Assembly: GCA_016198325.1 (NCBI GenBank)
Contig: JACQIV010000028.1
Coordinates: 1-40,381 of the forward strand
Direction of reading: 5' to 3'
Length of the DNA: 40,381 bases
Source of the DNA: Candidatus Curtissbacteria bacterium
GTDB lineage: Bacteria; Patescibacteriota; Microgenomatia; Curtissbacterales; GWA2-41-24
Shown: positions 32,184 through 40,381 of the stretch, one piece after another
How the letters are laid out: each line of letters begins with the position of its first letter
How positions within the stretch are numbered: position 1 is the stretch's first letter
The notes under the pieces: generated by a model
Seen by the model: only the letters and a program-made list of their open reading frames with translations
Database searches by the model: none
What the model was told of the DNA's origin: nothing
Translations under genes and position numbers: made by a program

Positions 32184-33112
32184 CTGAAGGCCTCGTACGC
32201 CAGTTGCGCCGCCCCATGTGCAGCTGAAACTTCCGGTCTAACACAAAGCGCATTTGCAAAATCCGCTTTTACCAACTTATCCAATAGTTTTGAAATGTAG
32301 ATATTTTCAAAAACGCTTCCGCTTTTAACAACAGTGAACCTATCCCGCTTCCCGAAACCCAGTTTTACGGCAACAGCTTTTATCATTTCATTAAGTTCCC
32401 ACGCAGCCCTTCCGGCAATTCTTGCAGCAACGTTGTCTTTAATTTCTATTGCCTGCTCCAACAGTTTCGCTGTTGTTGCCACCTCAACTTTGCCCCATGG
32501 TTTTAGATATACCAGATGTACAATTTCATCAAGCGATTTGACACGAAATGCTTTTTGGAACAAGCCGGAAAGGGCAGTTTTTTCGCCTCTTCCGTCCAAA
32601 CTTTTAATAATCGCCTTAAGTATTAAACTTCCGATAAAATATCCACTGCCTTCGTCCGACAGTAAATAGTCCAACCCTCCCGCTTTTGCGAATTTGCCCG
32701 CTTTGTTTCTTCCCAGACAGTTCGAACCGGTGCCGGAAATAACAACAATTGCGTCCTTTTCACCAGTCCCCGATCTCATTGCAGCCAAAGTATCGTTAAC
32801 AACCATTGGCATATCGGAAAATAATTTCAGAAAATAAACATTGCTTTTAATAAGCTTCTCCCAGTCCTTTTTTTGACCTTGAGTATCAACACCGGCAATC
32901 GCAAAACAGCCAAAAACTTCCGCATCGCTTTTTATATTCTTGGTTATCTCCTTAACTGCATTCTCAATGCTCGCAAAAGACTTCTTTAATCCAAACACCG
33001 ATGCATTTGACCCGCCGGAGAATGACTCGGCAAGTACCTTCCCGCTACCATCAAGCAACATGGCGGACGTCTTACTCGCTCCCCCATCAACACCGACAAA
33101 TAATTTCTTCAT
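32180..33112 (-). CDS. BadF/BadG/BcrA/BcrD-type ATPase (N-acetylglucosamine kinase-like)
   Basis: 310 aa. N-terminal GVDGGASKT phosphate-1 motif and SGTGSN, consistent with the ASKHA fold. Confidence 0.75.
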   Translation of the reverse strand: MKKLFVGVDGGASKTSAMLLDGSGKVLAESFSGGSNASVFGLKKSFASIENAVKEITKNIKSDAEVFGCFAIAGVDTQGQKKDWEKLIKSNVYFLKLFSDMPMVVNDTLAAMRSGTGEKDAIVVISGTGSNCLGRNKAGKFAKAGGLDYLLSDEGSGYFIGSLILKAIIKSLDGRGEKTALSGLFQKAFRVKSLDEIVHLVYLKPWGKVEVATTAKLLEQAIEIKDNVAARIAGRAAWELNEMIKAVAVKLGFGKRDRFTVVKSGSVFENIYISKLLDKLVKADFANALCVRPEVSAAHGAAQLAYEAFS

Positions 33113-33213
33113 TTAGTTTTTCTCGCAAATTCTTTCGCATTTTTGGGACAGCAATTAGTAGAAATCGTTATAAGTTACAAGTTATAAAATTGACTCGATT
33201 GTAGGCAGGTAAC

Positions 33214-33780
33214 CTACTTTGCGTCTCCGCAGGAAACGTAAGTTGCAGCTTCGGACGCACTCTTATGAACATTAATTGCAAGCGGCAAGAATGCCTTAAG
33301 TTCTCCAATCGTTACTGGAATAAAAGACGAAGAATTACCGTCTACAACATTTTTTAGTGGCCACTTTATTTTACCCGCCGCAGAGCATGCGCCCTCGTGG
33401 ATATGAGCAGGCTGGGTACCATTTGTGTTGTTTGTGCTTAATTCCACTTTTGTTTTCCCGTTTTCTTCGGTAATTAGCACCAAACCGTCCTGGCCGGATC
33501 CATTCTGCGCTTTTAATTCAACTATCATCTGGTTACCGGTAAGACCCTGTCCTTCTCCGGCCGGAGCCTGAACTAAGGGCGATGCAAGTTCCGGCGTAAC
33601 TTCCGCTTTTTTGTTCTTGGCAAAGAAATAATAATAAACACCGGCATAAATAATTACCGCCGCAACCAAATAAACAATAATGTTCTTGGGAGATAAAATA
33701 TTTTTAGCGTAATCGGGCTTTGGTCCGGAAAAAGACTTATCAGAAACCGGAATTTCGTCGGGCATATCCTTTATAATCAC
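33214..33780 (-). CDS. Membrane-anchored CHRD-domain-like protein
   Basis: 188 aa. A TM anchor is followed by AHIHEGAC...G and INVHKS motifs, which resemble the CHRD domain. Confidence 0.55.
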   Translation of the reverse strand: MIIKDMPDEIPVSDKSFSGPKPDYAKNILSPKNIIVYLVAAVIIYAGVYYYFFAKNKKAEVTPELASPLVQAPAGEGQGLTGNQMIVELKAQNGSGQDGLVLITEENGKTKVELSTNNTNGTQPAHIHEGACSAAGKIKWPLKNVVDGNSSSFIPVTIGELKAFLPLAINVHKSASEAATYVSCGDAK

Positions 33781-34247
33781 TTTTTAACAGCGATTTTGTC
33801 AATAGACTCCCTGATAGGATTTTCCCTGTAATAATCGGATGCCAACTTGAAACTTTCGTCAGACCTTAAAACGCTAATACCGGCATTTACCTCATTTGCC
33901 ATATATCTAAATGTGTTTCTGGCAGATCCTTCTAGAACTAAGGCCTGAAGAATGCGGTACATTTGAGACTTAATCTCCAGTGCCGCGTCTGCATTATTAA
34001 TATCCCTGCCCAGCTTCTCGACAATTCCACTTAATTCCTCCTCTTTGTCGGAAACATCCAGTCCTTCCCTTCTGTTAAAAATAGTTTCAGCAGCAACTGT
34101 CGTAAGATCAATAAGCAAACCGTTTATTCCTAGTTTTTGAACAAATTCGGTTTCGATTAAAAATGCGCTACCTAACTTCCAGGCGTTGTATTTCGCTTGT
34201 ATTTTAGCGAACCACCCCGGGCTAGATTTTTCAGGACTCTCCCGCAT
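33777..34247 (-). CDS. Hypothetical helical protein
   Basis: 156 aa. Overlaps the downstream CHRD-like gene by 4 nt. Confidence 0.5.
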   Translation of the reverse strand: MRESPEKSSPGWFAKIQAKYNAWKLGSAFLIETEFVQKLGINGLLIDLTTVAAETIFNRREGLDVSDKEEELSGIVEKLGRDINNADAALEIKSQMYRILQALVLEGSARNTFRYMANEVNAGISVLRSDESFKLASDYYRENPIRESIDKIAVKK

Positions 34248-34482
34248 TGACTAATTTTAACCCCAGCTTCTGCAAAATTTCTATCGTACAATTCCCTTCC
34301 CATTTTTAACTATTACCAATATTGGAAGGTCCTGGATATTTGTCAATATATGATTATAATCTCCGTTTAATACAAGTACGTTATAGTTATACGTATAAGC
34401 TCATAGAATAATTATGAACTAATATTTTATCCTTTTACTGACTTGGAATAATTCATCTGCTATTGTAAGATTAGGAGACCGA

Positions 34483-35013
34483 ATGTCAAACATAACTTAC
34501 ATTATTGCCCCGATTATTCTTTCCGCAATTCTTTCCTTTTCATTAGCTGTAACACTTAACTTTATTTATCAAAAAAAACTCTGGTCACATGATGCGAAAA
34601 TCGTCATCTGGCAACTTTTCTTCTTTTCGTTAATCATACTTTCTGCAAATATCCGCCTTGTAAGAAATAATCCCCTTTCCGTACTTTTTATATTAACTGC
34701 CACTGGCATCCTTGCAACAACTATTGCGTCCCTCGGAAAAAAGTCTTTTTTCCCGTTTGCTAAACCGTCTCCTACTAACAAATTAATAACATCCGGCCCA
34801 TACAAAATAGTCCGCCATCCTTTTTATTTTGCGACTCTACTTTTTTGCATGGCATTTGTAATCACGAAACCATTACTTATCGTCTTTCTTTTTGCCCTAA
34901 TGTACATTCTTGATAAAAAAGCAAATATTGAAGAGGGACATTTGCAGGAAAGGTACGAACAATACAGACAATACCAAAAGAGTACGAAAAAGCTGATTCC
35001 CTTTTTATATTAA
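34483..35013 (+). CDS. ICMT/PEMT-family membrane methyltransferase
   Basis: 176 aa. TSGPYKIVRHPFYFATLLF is the family signature. An AGGAGA Shine-Dalgarno sequence lies upstream. Confidence 0.75.
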   Translation: MSNITYIIAPIILSAILSFSLAVTLNFIYQKKLWSHDAKIVIWQLFFFSLIILSANIRLVRNNPLSVLFILTATGILATTIASLGKKSFFPFAKPSPTNKLITSGPYKIVRHPFYFATLLFCMAFVITKPLLIVFLFALMYILDKKANIEEGHLQERYEQYRQYQKSTKKLIPFLY

Positions 35014-35023
35014 TTGGAAAAAC

Positions 35024-35674
35024 CTATCCGGCGAACAAAAAGGCCGCATATTTACCGTCATATACACCACAACCGTTGGAATAATCTCCTAACATATTGG
35101 CATTATGCCCAGGACTTTTTGCCCACTGCACATTTACCACATAAAACGAACCTTTGGATCCCATTGCAATATTCTCCGCCCCAGCCGAAAATCCTAAAGC
35201 ATGTAATGGCTCACTCCAGTTCTGGTGCGAAAAATCTCTCCTTATTTCGGCAAGCCTGGCATTTGCAATAGAGCAAATCGAATCTGAAATATTTAAAGGC
35301 ACTTTTCCGTTTTTATTTCTGTATTCGTTTACTTCTCCGTTTATGTCTCCAACAACCGGAACTTGAATGCTCCGATAGGAATTCTTGTCAACAGCTGTCG
35401 ATGAGACAGACGGAGTCGGAATTGTCTCCACCACTTCAGGACTAGAGCTATCATCAACAACGGATGGAACAATGGATGGATTTATCAAAGCCGGAGTTTT
35501 AGAATCCCCAAGCACATTATTTGAAATTACATGGGGTAGCGACAAAGTTTTCCGGAGTGAGGCTGTATTTATATTACCTGGAGAATAAGTCAGCCCTGCA
35601 AGAAACAGTGGCAAGAGGAGGAAGGTTAAGGCAAGCAGTCTAAGCAGAGAATTTATTATCCTTATCCTTATCAC
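35024..35674 (-). CDS. CAP/SCP (YkwD-like) domain protein, secreted
   Basis: 216 aa. Signal/TM segment and Ser/Pro linker, then N..R...G..PL......L...A..........FSH..., GEN, W..SPGH..N.L. Confidence 0.75.
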   Translation of the reverse strand: MIRIRIINSLLRLLALTFLLLPLFLAGLTYSPGNINTASLRKTLSLPHVISNNVLGDSKTPALINPSIVPSVVDDSSSPEVVETIPTPSVSSTAVDKNSYRSIQVPVVGDINGEVNEYRNKNGKVPLNISDSICSIANARLAEIRRDFSHQNWSEPLHALGFSAGAENIAMGSKGSFYVVNVQWAKSPGHNANMLGDYSNGCGVYDGKYAAFLFAG

Positions 35675-35717
35675 GAACGCTCCAAATAAAGATATTAAAA
35701 CAACGCTTGGTTAATTA

Positions 35718-36362
35718 CTAGTCGTCGCCCGAATCCGACTCACCACTTTTATGACCATCGTTACCACTTTCATTACCTTTTTTATCTTCCTTACCTTTAC
35801 GATCTTTATCCCCTTTTATTTCTCCGGAACCCTTCTTAGCAGCCTCGATTGCTTTTTCCAATTTATCCGAAAGGTCCGGGTTGGAACGCTTAGACTCCTC
35901 AAACCGGATCCCTTGATTCCTCAGGTTTTCTTTTAACTGTTCTTTTTCTTCGTCTCGCGTCTTAGAACTTGCCTCCTCGACCGCCTTTTTGTACTCATCT
36001 GTTGCTTTTTTCAGCGTTTCTTCGTCTTTTTCGCCTGCAACTTTTAGGACCTCGTTTGCCCGAAACTCAACCTTTTTCTTCACATCGCCTGTAATTTCGA
36101 CAACCAAATCCTCCGAAAGTCTTTTTACGGAGTAAAGGGCGTCCCCCGGAACAGAAGCCTGCGATAATTTTACTAATCCTGCCCCTGCCAATATTAACAT
36201 CACAAAAGAAGTCAAAACCAAGCGGAAAAATATCGGGAAAAAACGCCTCGGTTTTTTATTAAGTTTCCCGACAAGTTCAAGCCAGCCGCCCTCTGACAAC
36301 GCAGGAGATGGCTGCATGTTCAGGTAAATACTTTTTATTTGTTCAAACTCTTCTCGTCTCAT
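35718..36362 (-). CDS. Putative anti-sigma factor (single TM; DUF5667-like extracytoplasmic region)
   Basis: 214 aa. Overlaps the upstream ECF sigma gene by 4 nt. A TM segment is followed by the PGDALYSVKRLSE motif, which I recall from DUF5667. Confidence 0.55.
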   Translation of the reverse strand: MRREEFEQIKSIYLNMQPSPALSEGGWLELVGKLNKKPRRFFPIFFRLVLTSFVMLILAGAGLVKLSQASVPGDALYSVKRLSEDLVVEITGDVKKKVEFRANEVLKVAGEKDEETLKKATDEYKKAVEEASSKTRDEEKEQLKENLRNQGIRFEESKRSNPDLSDKLEKAIEAAKKGSGEIKGDKDRKGKEDKKGNESGNDGHKSGESDSGDD

Positions 36363-36883
36363 ATTTCAAGCTCAATCCTGCATTTTGCCATAATTCGGTG
36401 TATTCGAACCCTGAGCGCACCTTCCTTCATTTTCATTACGCGGGCAACCTCCCCGGTCGAAAAATCTTCGAAATATCGCAGCACTAGTATTTGTTTTTCG
36501 ACAGGCTCTAAACCCTCTAACAATTTCCAAACCATAGCTTCCCTCTCTTTTGTCTGTAAGTCTTCACTAAGATCTTCATGCGATGGCGCATCGAATCCTG
36601 CAACAAAAGGCTGCTCCTTTTTCTTTCTCTGCCAGTCAATAACTAGATTTCTGGCAATCTTAAAAAGATAGGCCTGAAAAGTTCCTCTGCTTTCGGAGAA
36701 TGTGGACAAGGCCTTCCATGCTTTAAGAAATGTTTCTTGACAGATATCTTCTGCCTGTTCCCTCTTCCCGGCGAGGTAGTAGACGAAACGGAAAATTTTC
36801 GGCAAAAATATTTCGTAGATCTTTCCGTACGCATCCCTTTCACCTTTTTTCGCCCTCCTAACTAAACCTTCAACTTCATCCAT
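36359..36883 (-). CDS. ECF-type RNA polymerase sigma-70 family factor
   Basis: 174 aa. Region 2 (YGKIYE....IFRFVYYL.G....AEDI.QETFLKAWK) and a region 4 HTH (LVLRYFEDFSTGEVARVMKMKEGALRVRIHR). Confidence 0.85.
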   Translation of the reverse strand: MDEVEGLVRRAKKGERDAYGKIYEIFLPKIFRFVYYLAGKREQAEDICQETFLKAWKALSTFSESRGTFQAYLFKIARNLVIDWQRKKKEQPFVAGFDAPSHEDLSEDLQTKEREAMVWKLLEGLEPVEKQILVLRYFEDFSTGEVARVMKMKEGALRVRIHRIMAKCRIELEI

Positions 36884-37010
36884 GAGGGCAATTCTAATCT
36901 ATTAAATAGAACGGATAAAGTGCCGATTTGTAACATTTTGAGGGCAGGAAGCTGCTGACAAAAAAACTGCACTAATTCAGGCTGGAAGTTAAATACTCAT
37001 TAGAAAGTTT

Positions 37011-38345
37011 CTAAAAAATAAAGGGGCTTTGTAATACTTTTGCCTTCTCTTCGGGAAAAAAGGTCCCTCTTGTTCCGTAATCCCACCACGAGTACATGAT
37101 AGACGGGTCAGACGAATGGGGCAGTCCATTGCAACCACCTCCGGGATAAATGTTACCAATTGTACATTCACCGCCGAAACCGTGGCCGAGTTCATGAGCA
37201 ACTCCTCCCTGCGCTTCTCTATTTTCGTCGGCCCACCACTCCGGCCAGTTCGGATCGATAATACCCCCCAGCAATCTACCCATTTGGCTTGGGATAGATT
37301 GTGAACCCGGCAATACGAAACTGCAGCCAAGATTTTCGGAACCCACCATCCCTCCCCAGACATTATCCATAGGTGTCACAAAGTAATAGTCCCGTTTAGA
37401 GTCGCAGGGATGCATGCCGTTGGCAACAGTCGCTTCCCTTATGCCCTGATACCAAATTCCGCCGCCGTTACCTAACTGTGAATGAAGCTCGGCGTCAGTT
37501 TTACTGCTCCTAAAGAGAATTGCCGGAGCGAGCTTAAAAGTTTTGCCACCTAACTGGTTCGCGTACCAACTTCGTACCTGATTAAAGCTGGCACTTACCT
37601 GAGTTTTGTATGAATCCTCGTCTCCCACGTTAGTATCACTTGCAAGGTAAATGACCGGAACCACTTCATAGCCTGACGCGTAAGATACGGAAGAACCGGC
37701 ATCGTAATAACAATACTTTGTATAACCCCAAGCCGGGTCGCCAAAAACACTATTTGTACAGTTGACGCCATTAGTATATGTACCGTATGCGTAGGAGTCG
37801 TTTGCACCGTACCGAACCTGTTTCGTGCCGGAAAACGTACAAAACTGCCATTCACTTGCACAAGTTATCCAATTTTCAATTGGACCTGGCGTCGGAGACT
37901 CATTAGGTCCGGAACTGATAACGGAAATCAGACCGGGGCTTGGAATTACTGGATCGTTCAACGCAAGTAAACTGCTACCACCCACTGAATCTTTACAGAA
38001 TGCCCTGTCTTCAGACTCCATATATGCACAAATTAAGTATTCCGGAGGAACCTTTGCATTATCCACACTATACACATATTCGTATTGAGGATATTTTGGA
38101 TCTTTCGGTACTGTTTTCAATTCTGATTCGGTCTCCAAGTCTGAAAGTGAAACCGGATAATAGCCACTAATGACAAGGTATGCGTCAAGCGATCTTGATA
38201 AAAACGCAACGTCGTTTTTCCTTATTGTGTCTCTAGAACTATAAATTCTTTTTAATGGATTTAATGCAACTAATATTGCGACGGAAAGAATACCAACAAC
38301 AGTAATAACTGTTAATAATTCAATTATCGTAAATGCTCTCTTCAC
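37011..38345 (-). CDS. Type IV pilin-like N-terminal domain fused to a Cys-rich module and a C-terminal HExxH zinc-metallopeptidase-like domain
   Basis: 444 aa, GTG start. Contains MKRAFTIIELLTVITVVGIL (prepilin cleavage/methylation motif with Glu5), a Cys-rich WQFC...VRYG...C.N..FGDP..G..K.C module and GGVAHELGHGFGG. Confidence 0.7.
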   Translation of the reverse strand: MKRAFTIIELLTVITVVGILSVAILVALNPLKRIYSSRDTIRKNDVAFLSRSLDAYLVISGYYPVSLSDLETESELKTVPKDPKYPQYEYVYSVDNAKVPPEYLICAYMESEDRAFCKDSVGGSSLLALNDPVIPSPGLISVISSGPNESPTPGPIENWITCASEWQFCTFSGTKQVRYGANDSYAYGTYTNGVNCTNSVFGDPAWGYTKYCYYDAGSSVSYASGYEVVPVIYLASDTNVGDEDSYKTQVSASFNQVRSWYANQLGGKTFKLAPAILFRSSKTDAELHSQLGNGGGIWYQGIREATVANGMHPCDSKRDYYFVTPMDNVWGGMVGSENLGCSFVLPGSQSIPSQMGRLLGGIIDPNWPEWWADENREAQGGVAHELGHGFGGECTIGNIYPGGGCNGLPHSSDPSIMYSWWDYGTRGTFFPEEKAKVLQSPFIF

Positions 38346-38518
38346 GGCGAAAAATCTGCAGAATCAGAAAAAGGTAAGGGATGCCTTCCGTCACGGTTGT
38401 AATTGTTAATCATTTCAATTTTGGGAGTTATTTCCGTTTTAATGAAAAGTCTTTTGTATGTAAAAATACCTAAAACGAATAAAGACAACACTAACAAAAA
38501 TGCAATTATGTATTTCAT
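38342..38518 (-). CDS. Small (58 aa) single-TM protein translationally coupled to the pilin-like gene
   Basis: Below the ORF-track cutoff; found by hand. Sequence: MKYIIAFLLVLSLFVLGIFTYKRLFIKTEITPKIEMINNYNRDGRHPLPFSDSADFSP. Its TGA overlaps the downstream GTG start (GTGA). Confidence 0.45.
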   Translation of the reverse strand: MKYIIAFLLVLSLFVLGIFTYKRLFIKTEITPKIEMINNYNRDGRHPLPFSDSADFSP

Positions 38519-38582
38519 AAACCAACCTAATTAATTATGCCCCAGAAGTGGTTAAAAAAGAATAAGATATAATCAGCGCTAT

Positions 38583-40352
38583 ATGAAAAATATTTTAAAT
38601 ATCATCAAGATTGCCAAACCTCTATGGAGCTTAGTAGGCATAATTGCCTTTCTGATATTAACTGGCTCCGCGTTGGAGCTTATTGCCCCCATCCTTTCTA
38701 AATTTATTGTTGATGAAATTGTAGCCCAAATCCAAAACAAGGACGGCAACCTGCAAACACTAATCAGGTTAATCGCTCTGGTTTTTACCACCAGCCTTCT
38801 CGGCATAATCATCTCAGGTATCAGTAACAGGCTAGGAGACCACTTTTCCGGCAAGCTTCGCAAATTCCTCACGGAAAAATTTTACGATAAAGTCTTAACT
38901 TTACCCCAAAGCTATTTTGACAGTGAAATATCGGGCAAAATCCTAAACCAGCTGAACCGTGCTATCGACACTATCCAGCAGTTTATAAACGGCTCCACCA
39001 ACTTTATCCTCCCCACCTTTTTACAAAGCATTTTCACAATTATTGTCCTTGCGTATTACAACCTGCCTATTGCCGCTTTTACTTTCATCCTTTTCCCGAT
39101 TTATCTGACGATCTCTTATTACTCCGCCAAAAAATGGGGCGAGCGTCAGGTTGAAAAGAACCAAATCGAAGATTACAATCGCGGCCGTATCCAGGAGGTT
39201 ATCGGCAACATTAAACTTGTTAAAAGCTCGCTTTCTGAAAAGGGTGAATATAACCAAGTTTCGTCAAACCTTGACAAAATCAACAAAATTTACGCTAAAC
39301 AGAGCAATGTCTTTCATATTTTCGACTTCTCCAGGAACCTTAGTCTTATCCTGATATTACTTGCTATAAATATAGTCGCTTTTTATCAGACTTTTCAGGG
39401 TGTGATAACGCTTGGAACGCTCGTCCTTATCCTGCAATTAGTTGCCCAGGCCAGGCGTCCGCTTTTTGCCATGTCCTTCATCTTGACCAATATCCAAAAC
39501 GCCGAAGCCGGTTCCAAGGAATACTTTGAGATCCTTTCGCTCCCCGCGAAAGAGCACTACAAAAAAGATGAGAAGGTAAAAAAACTTAAAAATCCCGAAC
39601 TTGAATTCAGAAAAATCAGTTTTAAATATGAAAAAAGCGGAATGGTTTTAAATAAAGTTTCCTTCAAAATCGCACCGCGCGAAATGGTTGCATTGGTCGG
39701 AGAAAGCGGAGCCGGTAAGACCACAATCGTAAATCTAATCTGTAAGTTTTACGAGCCGGCATCCGGTGAAATTTACATTTCAGGTAAACCATACTCAAAG
39801 CTCTCGCACAATTTTGTAAGGAATAATATTTCCCTTGTCTTCCAGGAAAGCGAACTGTTTTCCTCAACAATCCGAGAAAATGTCGCGTATGGGAGAGGAA
39901 AATTTTCCGAAAGGCAAATCACCGAAGCGCTAAAAAAAGCAAACGCATGGGAATTTGTTAAAAGTCTTTCTAAAGGTTTAGATAGTGAAATTGGCGAACG
40001 CGGCGTCAGGCTTTCAGGGGGCCAGAAACAAAGAATCCAAATTGCCCGTGCAATTCTAAAAGACGCCCCAATTTTAATACTGGATGAAGCAACATCATCT
40101 TTGGATGCAAAAAGCGAAAAAGAAGTGCAAGTAGGTCTCGAAAACTTAATGAAAAATAAACTTGTGATAATTATCGCCCACCGCTTCTCCACAATCCAGA
40201 ATGTCAGCAAAATATTGGTCGTCGATGAGGGTAAAATTGTGGACTCAGGCAATCCGCAAGCTCTTGCTCAAAAACCGGGAATCTATTCCGACCTTCTCAA
40301 ATTCCAAATCGAAGGCAACAAAAAACTTTTGGAAAAATTTGAAATATATTAA
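38583..40352 (+). CDS. ABC exporter, fused permease/ATPase (MsbA/type-1 exporter-like)
   Basis: 589 aa. Six-TM N-terminal domain, Walker A GESGAGKTT, signature LSGGQKQR, Walker B ILILDEATS. Confidence 0.9.
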   Translation: MKNILNIIKIAKPLWSLVGIIAFLILTGSALELIAPILSKFIVDEIVAQIQNKDGNLQTLIRLIALVFTTSLLGIIISGISNRLGDHFSGKLRKFLTEKFYDKVLTLPQSYFDSEISGKILNQLNRAIDTIQQFINGSTNFILPTFLQSIFTIIVLAYYNLPIAAFTFILFPIYLTISYYSAKKWGERQVEKNQIEDYNRGRIQEVIGNIKLVKSSLSEKGEYNQVSSNLDKINKIYAKQSNVFHIFDFSRNLSLILILLAINIVAFYQTFQGVITLGTLVLILQLVAQARRPLFAMSFILTNIQNAEAGSKEYFEILSLPAKEHYKKDEKVKKLKNPELEFRKISFKYEKSGMVLNKVSFKIAPREMVALVGESGAGKTTIVNLICKFYEPASGEIYISGKPYSKLSHNFVRNNISLVFQESELFSSTIRENVAYGRGKFSERQITEALKKANAWEFVKSLSKGLDSEIGERGVRLSGGQKQRIQIARAILKDAPILILDEATSSLDAKSEKEVQVGLENLMKNKLVIIIAHRFSTIQNVSKILVVDEGKIVDSGNPQALAQKPGIYSDLLKFQIEGNKKLLEKFEIY

Positions 40353-40381
40353 GAAGCAGTAAATATCACACCTCGGGGGTG

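Noticed and set aside
1-40381. Alternative genetic code (UGA recoding, as in some CPR lineages).
   Set aside because: TGA terminates well-conserved genes at the expected C-termini (prfA at 10714-10716, the EamA gene at 9347-9349, TrpR-like 2 at 11578-11580). No conserved gene needs read-through of TGA.

Overview
The window looks like a chromosomal segment from a small-genome, moderately AT-rich bacterium. The gene content resembles CPR/Patescibacteria, but that assignment is an inference from gene content only. Standard genetic code: TGA closes conserved genes such as prfA. About 57 protein genes and one tRNA-Leu(CAA) are supported. I found no rRNA, CRISPR array, transposase or integrase.

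Housekeeping genes: efp, dnaB, rpmE, prfA, the rpsF-ssb-rpsR operon, ychF and a disrupted hisS.

Envelope and secretion genes: HtrA, an S41 protease, two RlpA/DPBB-like proteins, an LPXTG-like anchored protein, a GT39 glycosyltransferase, a ZIP transporter, an ECF sigma/anti-sigma pair, a CAP-domain protein, a pilin-metalloprotease fusion and an ABC exporter.

Signals not explained by ordinary annotation:
1. A 59-nt nested-palindrome repeat family has two intergenic copies plus one gap-free copy (50/59 identical) lying in frame inside ychF.
2. A second palindrome family (ACGAGGACWGTCCTCGT) brackets and subdivides an AT-rich island of hypothetical genes at about 23.3-27.7 kb. The island includes an orphan Cas4-like nuclease.
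3. A 0.7-kb gene-free unit running from a promoter to a terminator lies next to that island. It is either a decayed SRAP-like gene (MCGR... start) or an ncRNA.
4. Two TrpR/YerC-like paralogs each carry a private perfect palindromic operator.
5. Several promoters are placed for leaderless mRNAs.
6. The HisRS gene is frame-broken and lacks an anticodon-binding domain.

All family assignments come from motif recognition by eye. No searches were run.
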